Virus record (IMG/VR): IMGVR_UViG_3300022895_000242
Coordinates: 1-53,342 of that record
Length of the DNA stretch: 53,342 nt
Origin: a virus
Lineage: Duplodnaviria; Caudoviricetes
Direction: 5' to 3' (one strand)
The notes beneath the pieces are model-generated. The model ran no database searches. It was given only the letters and a program-made list of their open reading frames with translations, and was not told the DNA's origin. Positions 27,725-36,977 of the stretch are shown here, piece by piece (position 1 is the stretch's first letter; every line of letters begins with the position of its first letter). The position numbers and the translations under genes are program-made.

Positions 27725-28845
27725 GTAATAACACGCTCCTTGTCATACCTACGAGCCAAATCATGCTCTGTAACAAACTCACGGACTTTAGTTTGTCGAT
27801 TACGGACCAACTGCTTGTACTTTTGCATTGCTTTTTCATCGCCGATTTCCTCAGCGAGATTAAGAGAACGCTTTGCCTTTCGGACTTGGCGCTCGTAGTA
27901 CCGTTGTTGTTGTGATAGCTTATACTGCTCTCGCATTTCTTCTTCATCATATTGAATCTGATTATTAGTGTTTAAGCCATCGATAAATGGATATAAAATG
28001 TGTCGACATGAAACTCCTCTAATCCCCCATGGTTCACCATATCCAAATTCATAGATTGACGGATATTTAGGATCACTAGAAGGATTACTCATTGAACAAA
28101 CTTTACCCTGTATCTTTGCGCATGCTGGTCTAGGGTCTGCATAGCTGTTAACTAGCACTAAATCAATACCGTATTCATCCATACGAGACAATCGCAACTC
28201 GTTGTAAGTATTGTTGACTGTATTCCGAATAACCATGTCAGCATATTGTTCTAATTGCCATACTCGACCACCTTTATCAATAAATCCTGTATCAATACCT
28301 TTGTTGGCCCATTTAATGACCGTATCAGCAACAGCCTGATTTATGGTCATATTGCCAGCTAAAACCTGTGCTGTGGTCTGCTCGACAATTTTACGATACA
28401 TAATAGCCACTGTACCTTGACCATAAGTAGTTGTGATAAGTGTTTGATTAACATAGTTGTCGAGTTCCAAATATGCTTGTTTTACATAGCTTTCTAAGGT
28501 TAAATCCATCTGAGTAGGTGGTGGTAATGGCTTATATCGCCCACTCACCTCATCGTCGATGCTCTGTATCGTTTTGTATCCAACATCTTCAATCATTTGT
28601 TTTATAGTTTCGGCTGCGATGCCTGTAGTTATTGAAAGTTCTCTGATAGTCTCAAGGTTAAACATTCGTAACTGCTGCATCTTTTCAACTTGCCACTGTA
28701 GTACATAGTCTTTATCATGCTCAGGATTCGTTTTAAGGCGATTTGCTATCTGCCTGAATAATTCATCCTCTAAAGCCACATAAATGTCTGTAATCTGTGA
28801 TGTGTACAGGTTAAATTGATATGGAGTGATGACTGGTCTTGGCAT
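27721..28845 (-). CDS. Minor capsid protein (Phage_min_cap2 type)
   Basis: FIDKGGRVW, RPACAKIQGK, GVSCRH..YPF, QRYYERQVRK motifs. Confidence 0.9.
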   Translation of the reverse strand: MPRPVITPYQFNLYTSQITDIYVALEDELFRQIANRLKTNPEHDKDYVLQWQVEKMQQLRMFNLETIRELSITTGIAAETIKQMIEDVGYKTIQSIDDEVSGRYKPLPPPTQMDLTLESYVKQAYLELDNYVNQTLITTTYGQGTVAIMYRKIVEQTTAQVLAGNMTINQAVADTVIKWANKGIDTGFIDKGGRVWQLEQYADMVIRNTVNNTYNELRLSRMDEYGIDLVLVNSYADPRPACAKIQGKVCSMSNPSSDPKYPSIYEFGYGEPWGIRGVSCRHILYPFIDGLNTNNQIQYDEEEMREQYKLSQQQRYYERQVRKAKRSLNLAEEIGDEKAMQKYKQLVRNRQTKVREFVTEHDLARRYDKERVIT

Positions 28846-28849
28846 TTAA

Positions 28850-30346
28850 TCACTCCTTTTGTCCAAAGAGACTAACTTCTTTCACAATTTCATCATGTTC
28901 AGGAGAAGATCTATTATTCTCCTCCCTAATTTCTTGCAATATCTTTATAGCTTCTTTTTCAGGTACTTTATGCACCTTCATAATCGCTCTTACTCTTGAT
29001 GTTAATTCAGCACCAACTAATTGGATTTGCTTATTCATTTCACTTGCGGCATCTTCTGCGATACTATCGTCAAAGCCAATCGTCGTTTCATAACCACCTA
29101 CTGGACGCTCGAATAATTCGTATAACTCACCTAAATCGATGATGATTTCAACTAGTTGTTTTAAAGCCTCACCGACTACAACCTCATGTGTCTGTTTAGT
29201 ACGGAATGTCTTACTATCCTGGCTAATAACTTCTGTCGCTGTTTTAACTGATTGACCATTAAAAGTGAAGGTACCACTTGAAAATCCTGTTTGCATCGAT
29301 AAGAGATTTAATAAAGCATTAATGCCATCGACATGCTCAATTACTCGCAAACCTACAGTGCTGTCATGAATTTTGTAATCATCCATGTCACCACCCATAG
29401 CTTCGTAAACTTCATCGTTTTCATCAAAGAAACGTCGCATTGTGTTGTTTCTTCTGTCCAAAACTGTGTTCACCATATTTTCAGGTACGATAATCCGTCG
29501 TTTACCAAGTTTAAATTCACGTTTAAAACTATCAAACGCAATATCTAGACTCTCTAATGTATCAAGTGCATTCGCATAAATTGGAACACCTAAAGGGCTG
29601 GTTAAATCAATGTTGTTAGCAATGTTGGGATGGATATAAACAAATAAGCTTCTTCGCACATTTTCCATCGGCACTTCTTCTTCTAAATCTTCATACAAAG
29701 TTGCTAAAGGTATCTTCTTACCTAGTTCATTTATGTTCTCGCTTACATAAAGCTCGTTTTTAACAACGTATCGTCCTTCTTCCCACAGGTGCCATTCAAG
29801 AAGGGTATATGTTTTCTTTCCTTCAATAGTAACGTTGGTAAATACACCTTCATATATGCCTTTACTATTCCAGGAGATTGGAATAAAAGAGTCTGCTTTT
29901 ACGTATGACAATTTGATCTTGTCATCATCAACATACGGTTTTACAACCATGCCACCCATGGCAAAACTATATTCTAGGAAACGTTGAAATTGCTTGTAGA
30001 AATTATTTTCTTCCAATACTTCGTGTACGAATTTAGAAGTACCTGTATCAGATATGTTTATTTCGCATTTCTCGTTAAAAATTATCTTGGCCATTTCTTC
30101 GCTGACAACTTTAGCCATGTTTAGCGTTGACATACGTCGCTTCTGTTGACCACTAGCAACCGTGTGATAAAACACGTCATGCCATTCACTGAAGTAGCCT
30201 TTATATATCTGTTGCCACTTTTCAATTTCTTTGTAGGTCTGGTCTGACATCGGTATCTTTTTAATATCTGAGACATCCTTTATTTTTTGCACTAACCCCA
30301 ATTTTACCATCACCCCTTTCATCCAGTTAACTACTTTGTTGAACAT
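28850..30346 (-). CDS. Portal protein (A118/SPP1 Gp6-like)
   Basis: YTLLEWH, SPLGVPIYANA, KTATEVIS motifs. Confidence 0.93.
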   Translation of the reverse strand: MFNKVVNWMKGVMVKLGLVQKIKDVSDIKKIPMSDQTYKEIEKWQQIYKGYFSEWHDVFYHTVASGQQKRRMSTLNMAKVVSEEMAKIIFNEKCEINISDTGTSKFVHEVLEENNFYKQFQRFLEYSFAMGGMVVKPYVDDDKIKLSYVKADSFIPISWNSKGIYEGVFTNVTIEGKKTYTLLEWHLWEEGRYVVKNELYVSENINELGKKIPLATLYEDLEEEVPMENVRRSLFVYIHPNIANNIDLTSPLGVPIYANALDTLESLDIAFDSFKREFKLGKRRIIVPENMVNTVLDRRNNTMRRFFDENDEVYEAMGGDMDDYKIHDSTVGLRVIEHVDGINALLNLLSMQTGFSSGTFTFNGQSVKTATEVISQDSKTFRTKQTHEVVVGEALKQLVEIIIDLGELYELFERPVGGYETTIGFDDSIAEDAASEMNKQIQLVGAELTSRVRAIMKVHKVPEKEAIKILQEIREENNRSSPEHDEIVKEVSLFGQKE

Positions 30347-30358
30347 GTCATCACCACC

Positions 30359-31678
30359 TTAATATTTCAGTCCAAGCTTACGAAGATTGTCCTTAACGTA
30401 ATATTGGAACATATCGCAAGTATGATCATCTTCTTTAATTACTTTTGGGTCGTCGCTTTCTAATGTATCTGGATCCCACTGATATTTTTTATGTTCATCA
30501 ATAAAGACCTCGTTACGTTTAGTACGCAATACATACATGCGCCCCTGTGCTAATAAATCGTATGTGTAATCAATCATATCGACCTTTTTACCTTTAGCGA
30601 CTGGATGCAATCGAATACCGTAATCTTTAAACACCTGATTACGTAAAGCACCCTCTGCTGAATCGATAGTTTGCACATCAAAATATTTATTGTACTGCCC
30701 TGTAATGCCATCTTGCCATTTTTTATAATCTGTCGATAACTCACTTGGTGCTTTCTTCGTAACCTTGTTAGCTGGGCTATAGTAGTACGTATCAAGCAAA
30801 ATAACATTCTGTTTATTAGTTAGTGCAAAAGCACCGTGAGTTGTTGCTGAAACTTGGTGTCCTGTATCAGTTGCTGCATCGATTAAAATAATGTGCTCAT
30901 CTTCTGGAATATCATCAATAAGCTTAAACAGATTGATGTTGTAGACATTTGTCCCTAAACCTACTGGTAATCCTTCATACAGATACAAATAATAATCAAG
31001 GTCATTCTCTTTAATACGTTCAATTTCGGATAACATTTGCTCTGTAACAAAACCCAACACATCATCTTTGTAGCTCGAATGATGTACTAAATGCAGTGGC
31101 GATGAAGCGAGCTCCTCTGACCACTCATTTATCCAATGATATGGGTTCCTTGGCGGATTATAAGACCAAAAAAATAGCACCATATTCACTAACGGATGTT
31201 TTTGGCGCATAAACGTTGTATTAGTTTGGTCAAATTCCTCTGAGCTTTTAAACTCTGCTGCTTCTTCATACCAAACAGCAATGATATTACCGATGTCATT
31301 AGATTTTAACTTTTGGAAGTCATCCTGTCCGTAAAAGCTAAATGATGATCCAGTAGCTCGATGCGTAATCCTAAACGGCGAAACGGTCATATCAAAATCA
31401 TCAGTCATATCGAATTTACGAATGGCCCATTGGATTTTTAAATACACGCTGTCTCGTATCGTATTGGCGACTTTACGAATGACAATAATATTAGCTTTCT
31501 CGCCTTTATTAAACATCTGAATCATTTTGTAAACGAGCAGTAATGCGATAACCGATGATTTGAATGAGTTACGACCACCACGCAAAATGTTGTAAGGCTT
31601 TTTCGTGGTCCATACTTCTTTAAAATGTGGATTGACGTTTTCTTGTATGTCGATGGTAGGCTTATTCATTAGTTTCAC
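30359..31678 (-). CDS. terL: Terminase large subunit, PBSX family
   Basis: GGRNSFKSS Walker A, WYEEAAEF, SYNPP, DDHTCD. Confidence 0.95.
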   Translation of the reverse strand: MKLMNKPTIDIQENVNPHFKEVWTTKKPYNILRGGRNSFKSSVIALLLVYKMIQMFNKGEKANIIVIRKVANTIRDSVYLKIQWAIRKFDMTDDFDMTVSPFRITHRATGSSFSFYGQDDFQKLKSNDIGNIIAVWYEEAAEFKSSEEFDQTNTTFMRQKHPLVNMVLFFWSYNPPRNPYHWINEWSEELASSPLHLVHHSSYKDDVLGFVTEQMLSEIERIKENDLDYYLYLYEGLPVGLGTNVYNINLFKLIDDIPEDEHIILIDAATDTGHQVSATTHGAFALTNKQNVILLDTYYYSPANKVTKKAPSELSTDYKKWQDGITGQYNKYFDVQTIDSAEGALRNQVFKDYGIRLHPVAKGKKVDMIDYTYDLLAQGRMYVLRTKRNEVFIDEHKKYQWDPDTLESDDPKVIKEDDHTCDMFQYYVKDNLRKLGLKY

Positions 31679-32507
31679 CAGCCCATGCGTCTACGATAGT
31701 GATAACAGAAGATTGCTTTTCGTTTGATTTACGAACTGTTTCAACTTCGATTCGCATTTTTTCAACTTGTAATTGATTCAACTCTCGTTCATTTAATAGA
31801 TCCATATGCTTCGATAGAAACTCAAGAGCTTTCATTTTGTCAGCGAGTTTAACACTAATGCCGTCTTTACCTTGCTTCACCTCTGTAATGAGCGAACCAT
31901 CTATTTCAGCAGACTCATTCAAATGCACATAGTTGAATGCATAGGTCTTAACATTGCCATTCATATCAAGTTCAGGTTGACCATCATCGTTGTACACAAC
32001 TTCCTCTTGCCTACCGAATTTCACATAGTCCGTAATATCAGCAAATGCTATGTCTATCCACTTTTGAATAAGCGTTCTTTTGTCGAGTAATGCATCCTCT
32101 GTTAATCCATCTCGCACCTTTATGATTTCCTCACGAATGTTAGGATTTGCAAGTAACCTTGAACCTTCTGTTCTAGCAGTTGTATAAGCACATCCATAAG
32201 CCTTTTGATAAGCCTTGGTAGCATTCCAACACTTCACATAGTAAGCAATAAATAGCCGTTGCTTATCGTTTAAGCCACTTTCATCATCGTCAGTAAAATA
32301 AACAACTTCATCCTTGGGTGCATCCTCTATTATGGTTGCAACCTTTTTATTATTAGTTGCAACCCTTATCCACTCTTCACCTTTTTCCGCATCTCTGCTT
32401 TTTCGGCTTTTTAATGTACCTAATTTAATATCATGTTTCTTAGCTAAATTAACTAAAGTTATGCTTGTGGTTTCCCACTCTTTTTTTATGTCGTCCCAAT
32501 TAGCCAT
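31662..32507 (-). CDS. terS: Terminase small subunit
   Basis: N-terminal HTH; KQRLF...NATKAY..AY; KLADKMKALEFL. Confidence 0.93.
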   Translation of the reverse strand: MANWDDIKKEWETTSITLVNLAKKHDIKLGTLKSRKSRDAEKGEEWIRVATNNKKVATIIEDAPKDEVVYFTDDDESGLNDKQRLFIAYYVKCWNATKAYQKAYGCAYTTARTEGSRLLANPNIREEIIKVRDGLTEDALLDKRTLIQKWIDIAFADITDYVKFGRQEEVVYNDDGQPELDMNGNVKTYAFNYVHLNESAEIDGSLITEVKQGKDGISVKLADKMKALEFLSKHMDLLNERELNQLQVEKMRIEVETVRKSNEKQSSVITIVDAWAGETNE

Positions 32508-32550
32508 ATCTCATAAACACCACCTCCAACAGTTGCAAATTTCAAATATG

Positions 32551-32670
32551 TTAATCTTCTAATTCATCTTCTTCCTCTATCTCATCCTTTGTTCTTTGAC
32601 AAGTAGGACAAAAAGAAACATCGCAACAAGGACATGTCGCTAACCATTCCATACATTCTTCACAACGCAT
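32551..32670 (-). CDS. 39 aa Cys-rich protein with acidic tail (not in the ORF track)
   Basis: MRCEECMEWLATCPCCDVSFCPTCQRTKDEIEEEDELED; GAGGTG RBS. Confidence 0.6.
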   Translation of the reverse strand: MRCEECMEWLATCPCCDVSFCPTCQRTKDEIEEEDELED

Positions 32671-32787
32671 TTTGTTCACCTCGCTTATGATTTTTGCTCT
32701 CAAAAGCAAGTACCGAATAGTCAAGGGAGGAGGAAACTCTGTTCGATACTCACTTTTCAGGGCAAAATAAAAACATCCAGAAGGATG

Positions 32788-33405
32788 TTATTTTGAAAGT
32801 TCTTTTTGGTAATACAACATTTTTTTCTCTAATAGTTTTTTATAATTTCTTAAATATTCTTTATATCCTTTGTCCAAAGTTTCTAGCCCTTCCTGTGATT
32901 TCAATAGGCTTCCTAAAGAATCAACTTTCTCATCTTCCATTTTTATACCGTTATTATCAATATCTTCGATGATATCTACTATTTTTAACAATTCGTTATA
33001 ACAGTCCGTATCTATATTTGAAGCATATTCAAATAAAGTATCTTTAGCTCTATTAAAATCATTGAAAATTTGTGTCGGCGAAAAAATAGTATTGTTAATT
33101 ACATTTTCCATTTTTAACACTGATTTTCTGATCAATTCAATTTTTTGCGGAATTTGATCTTTCCTTCTAATATCATTTTCATGTTTTATTGTTCGTTTTA
33201 CTCCCATTAATGTCATACCACCAGAGATAACGCCACCCAATACAGCACCACTTACACCAATTAAGGCAATAATTATATCATCACCTTCTTTGGAAAAGAA
33301 ATTCATAAATATAGCTACAAAAATTACAATCATCGTTAAAGAAAAGGTAATTAAGACTATGAATGTCATTCCATCCTCAAACTTTTTCACATCATCACCG
33401 CCCAA
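32788..33405 (-). CDS. Two-TM membrane moron protein
   Basis: Two N-terminal hydrophobic helices, G.VLGG.ISG motif, AT-rich, own terminator. Confidence 0.75.
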   Translation of the reverse strand: MGGDDVKKFEDGMTFIVLITFSLTMIVIFVAIFMNFFSKEGDDIIIALIGVSGAVLGGVISGGMTLMGVKRTIKHENDIRRKDQIPQKIELIRKSVLKMENVINNTIFSPTQIFNDFNRAKDTLFEYASNIDTDCYNELLKIVDIIEDIDNNGIKMEDEKVDSLGSLLKSQEGLETLDKGYKEYLRNYKKLLEKKMLYYQKELSK

Positions 33406-33607
33406 TATATCATAATAGGAAAGGCAATAAATTGGAACAAATTTCTACAGATTCCACTCTCAAAACCACACCAAACTCTGCCCTCTCAACTCAAAGTGTT
33501 TTGGCTGTTTGATGCAGTTTTCAAAGCAAAAGAAAAAAAGCACCATAACGCAATTATGCGATTACAATGCTTTTATAGTTCCTGTGACTGTCAGGAATAT
33601 TAAGTAA

Positions 33608-33802
33608 CGAAGTAGACAAGGATTTGCACCTTGTATGGTTAACATCTCATTCGGTTGCGCCTCTCCTGTGCTGTGTGTAAAGGTTTGTAAGCCTTTAAAG
33701 TCACATAAGATATTTGAATGGGCAATAGCAAAGTTAACCTTACCGAACTGTCGAGAGTGCTATGTTATCTCTCTAAGCGTCTACCTATTCCGCCACTACT
33801 TC
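33608..33802 (-). ncRNA. tRNA-like RNA (195 nt) with a large structured insertion
   Basis: Acceptor GAAGTAG/CTACTTC; Leu-type D arm TGGCGGAATAGGTAGACGC; T arm ACAAGG-TGCAAAT-CCTTGT; no canonical anticodon loop; no encoded CCA. Confidence 0.72.
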
Positions 33803-34214
33803 TTTACAAAAGCCTTACCGTGCTAGGGATAAGGCTCGTCTACTGCGGTAAAATAATATTTAATTGTCGAGTTAGCTCATTTCTCACACAGGTTGAGCTG
33901 GACGTGTTTATTGTGTAGGCAGAAAAGTGTTTTAGATTTATAGTGCATTTCTGTGCACTTTGTTACTGTAGTTAGTTTTGACTGAATTATGGAAAGTGGA
34001 CGAAGTTCACATAAAAACCACTCCTTTTTCCTGATTTTTAGCCTTTTATATTAATTAAGATACCTAATCTCTTAAAAAATATGGGCCGGCCGTGTTTGTC
34101 TTGCCTCGCTCACGTTTATGAGGCGCTGGTCGGTCGTCGGTCTGTCTGTCCCTAATATTTAGTAATTTATAAATACCAAAGGAAGAAAGATTTACCTGTC
34201 CGACCTCCCCTTTA

Positions 34215-34281
34215 GTATACAATTTTTATTTAACTCTCACGAAACATTGGACATTTCGGACATAACGGACATTTCGGACAT
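34215..34281 (-). promoter_or_regulatory. Late promoter: TATACT -10 plus four 9-bp-periodic ATGTCC repeats
   Basis: GGACAT (+) at 34249, 34258, 34267 and 34276; TGTATACT at 34214-34221 on the - strand. Confidence 0.65.
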
Positions 34282-34692
34282 TTTTTGTGCTATATCCATA
34301 AGGATGCGACGTATATGTCTGGCAGTAACACCTTCTAACTCTGCAATGTTTTTAGGTTTTAATCCAGCTAATCTCCAATGCAATATACTTTTCTCTCTTA
34401 ACTTCGTAATTTTCGGTACGCAATCATCAATGAATCGTATGTGTTCCATGTATTCTCTAGCCATACTTGCTGGTATAATACCTGTTTCTTGGAATGCTGC
34501 ATTATACGTCGGATCACTTACACCACCAATTCCTTTTGGCATTCCCAAACTGTCATACTTCGAAGTAAGACCACCTACATGCCCATGTACGCTTTCTGTT
34601 TCCATGCCCAGTACGATTTTCATTCGCAAGTACTGATTAATCATTTCGTAAACTTCTTCTGCATCATAATGTTTTTGCCCTTGTTTGCCCAT
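34237..34692 (-). CDS. Late transcriptional activator (RinA/ArpU/Ltr-like, sigma-R4-type HTH)
   Basis: SDPT motif, C-terminal IAELEGVTARHIRRI HTH, position before terS. Confidence 0.8.
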   Translation of the reverse strand: MGKQGQKHYDAEEVYEMINQYLRMKIVLGMETESVHGHVGGLTSKYDSLGMPKGIGGVSDPTYNAAFQETGIIPASMAREYMEHIRFIDDCVPKITKLREKSILHWRLAGLKPKNIAELEGVTARHIRRILMDIAQKMSEMSVMSEMSNVS

Positions 34693-34867
34693 TAGGTTTG
34701 CCCTCCTAAGTTGTGATATAATGACTTATCTGACTAGCCGAAGGGCATAAACCAATTCGAGCTGTAGCGTCTGATCACGCTGCGGCTTTTTTATTTCCGA
34801 ACATTTCATTGGATCCTAAGCATGTTTCAGGGATCCATTCACGAACATTACCTTTTCCTCATATTGT

Positions 34868-35110
34868 TCAGTAGAATGTTAAAACTTCTTCTACATTTCC
34901 AGACTTGAGATTTTCACTTTTACCAATTGATTTATGACAATTTGTACAGTATGCTATTTTCCCACCTGAATGTTTTAGATTGTCATACATGCTGTGCTGA
35001 TCTACCTTACAATCACCCGTATTTGTGTAGTACATTGTTGAAGTACCTACTACTCGCTCTCTTACATAGAACCCTTCACTCGCATTACAATGACGACATA
35101 CAATAGTCAT
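34868..35110 (-). CDS. Zn-finger hypothetical protein
   Basis: CRHC...CTNC; start at MTIVC after GAGGTG. Confidence 0.7.
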   Translation of the reverse strand: MTIVCRHCNASEGFYVRERVVGTSTMYYTNTGDCKVDQHSMYDNLKHSGGKIAYCTNCHKSIGKSENLKSGNVEEVLTFY

Positions 35111-35145
35111 TTTTTCACCTCGATTGCTATACACTTTCTTTCGAA

Positions 35146-35544
35146 TCAACCAATTGAGTTCAACATACCTTGAATTTGTTCTTTCGCATACCCAATCATT
35201 GTTTTATGATTTTTCAACTCATTTTCAGCAATTATTCGTTTACTCTTTTCACATTCATACATTTCAAGTATTTGTTCCTTTGTAAAAATAACGAATTTAC
35301 CTTGATGATAATAATCTGCATCAGCATACTGAAATGCTGCAATAGAAATATCAATACAATCTTTCGTTCCATCTGGATCACCAACATTTTTTAGATATTC
35401 ATTAACATCAGGTACAACCTTCGATATTTTTTCTATATTTTCATCGTTGTACTCAACATGTACATACACTAGTTCATTTCCTCTACCATCTTCGTCGATA
35501 ATTTCCATGCCGTTTAAAATATCCAATTTTTCTAGACTCGTCAT
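35146..35544 (-). CDS. Hypothetical protein
   Basis: 132 aa with GGAGG RBS, in operon orientation. Confidence 0.7.
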   Translation of the reverse strand: MTSLEKLDILNGMEIIDEDGRGNELVYVHVEYNDENIEKISKVVPDVNEYLKNVGDPDGTKDCIDISIAAFQYADADYYHQGKFVIFTKEQILEMYECEKSKRIIAENELKNHKTMIGYAKEQIQGMLNSIG

Positions 35545-35588
35545 AATACATATCCCTCCAAATGTCTATTTTTGTGAACAATATCTTT

Positions 35589-35951
35589 CTAAAACTCATC
35601 TAGTCCCTTACGCGCCACATTTTGCATACGTGCAATAATGCCTGGATAACCTGAATTAGTCTTTTTGAATGTTTTGTATGCTATTTCATGTAATGCTTCT
35701 CGAAGCTTGTTGATCTCATCGTGAGCAAGCTCTAATTCTGTTTTATTGATTTTCACACGTTCAACAATGTCTGCCTCACCAGGTTTAATACCTACCTTTA
35801 CACCGTGGTCACTTTTGACGATAGGAAGTTGCCATGCGTTTAAATCCACAATCTCATACTCTTTACCAAGAGTAATAAATTCGCTGCTTAATGGTTGCTT
35901 CAAAAAAATGATTGTATCGCCAATGCGATATTCAATTTTAGTCATCTTCAT
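35589..35951 (-). CDS. Hypothetical protein
   Basis: ORF in operon orientation; start approximate. Confidence 0.65.
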   Translation of the reverse strand: MKMTKIEYRIGDTIIFLKQPLSSEFITLGKEYEIVDLNAWQLPIVKSDHGVKVGIKPGEADIVERVKINKTELELAHDEINKLREALHEIAYKTFKKTNSGYPGIIARMQNVARKGLDEF

Positions 35952-35989
35952 TCCCCTTCCTTTTCTGCACACTTTTGTTCGATTATTTA

Positions 35990-36373
35990 TTAAGTTAAGC
36001 TACCATCTATCAAAACTACGCCACTCTTAATGCATTCAAACTCATCAATCAACTCACCAACAATTTCATTTTTAACATCAGCTGCAAGTAAGAATTTAAG
36101 TAAAGCTTCCGATTTTGAAATTTCGTTAGGCTCACCTTCGAATACAACACTTTCTATCGAATCGCCTGCGACAGTTTCGTAATAGATTTCAAACGCTTGG
36201 TCTCTATGACTTTTGGCGCTAGTTTTTATTTCTTCCTTTTCTCGATGTGTTGCCACCAAACCGTAGTATTCATGCTTATTGAATTCGAAATATCTTACTG
36301 GACATCCAGCTTCGATGTAATCTTTATTAAAAGTGAATTTCGGCACTTCAAAATTAACGTCTTTTATCTTCAT
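35990..36373 (-). CDS. Hypothetical protein
   Basis: RYFEFNKHEYYGLV...VLIDGSL; start approximate. Confidence 0.65.
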   Translation of the reverse strand: MKIKDVNFEVPKFTFNKDYIEAGCPVRYFEFNKHEYYGLVATHREKEEIKTSAKSHRDQAFEIYYETVAGDSIESVVFEGEPNEISKSEALLKFLLAADVKNEIVGELIDEFECIKSGVVLIDGSLT

Positions 36374-36414
36374 TTTTTTTACATCCCCTTTTTTGAACAA
36401 TATCTTTCTAACGC

Positions 36415-36660
36415 TCAATACTTTTCGCTATATTCTCCGCAATCGCACATTTTGTAGCCATCATCTGTCCATTCTTTACACTGTTCACATTGTTCCTCTA
36501 TAAGCCAACCTTCAAATTTATATTGAGGTTTTACAACATATACTTTTCCGCAAGAGTCACACGTTACTTCTTCATCCGCCTCATAATCCCAAACTGCACG
36601 ACAATCTTCAACTTCATTTTTGCAATAGGGACATGTTTGTGTTTTTAATAGTTCAACCAT
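36415..36660 (-). CDS. Zn-finger hypothetical protein
   Basis: CPYC, CDSC, CEQC and CDC motifs. Confidence 0.7.
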   Translation of the reverse strand: MVELLKTQTCPYCKNEVEDCRAVWDYEADEEVTCDSCGKVYVVKPQYKFEGWLIEEQCEQCKEWTDDGYKMCDCGEYSEKY

Positions 36661-36711
36661 CTTTTCACCCTTCCTGAACAAAATCTTTCAAATGTTCATT
36701 AAATCAGTTTT

Positions 36712-36966
36712 TCAACTAACCACTTTCTGTTTCCCCATTAGTCCACCAGCCCTAGGCTCAATGCGTCCAGCCATCTCTAAATCCATAGCAATCAATGTAA
36801 CGCTCACCTTGCTAGTATTTAACCTGTCAGCTATTTTACTGATTGGATACCCTAGGTTCTAAAGAGTGATAAAAATTTCAATCTGCATTTTTGTAAAATC
36901 GAACTTTACCTTTTCATGAGCCTCACCAGTGAATAAAATGTATTTCTCTTTTGCTTTACCAGCCAT
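36712..36966 (-). pseudogene. 84-codon HTH-like gene broken by one in-frame TAG
   Basis: MAGKAKEK...IFITL*NLGYPISKIADRLNTS...; TAG at 36859-36861. Confidence 0.7.
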
Positions 36967-36977
36967 TTAAATTTCAC

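Noticed and set aside
33608-33802. Canonical tRNA-Met/Leu, tmRNA or group I intron-containing tRNA
   Set aside because: No 7-nt U-turn anticodon loop, no G3.U70 alanine identity or tag ORF, and the insert lacks recognisable group I core elements
33988-34025. RBS plus GTG AAC TTC GTC, resembling the MNFVQP start of post-ArpU recombinases
   Set aside because: Stops after 7 codons; too little sequence to call a pseudogene
34083-34160. HDV-like ribozyme resemblance (GGCCGGC...GCTGGTC-GG on +)
   Set aside because: The L3 equivalent is too long, and I found no convincing P2 partner or J4/2; kept only as a structured late leader
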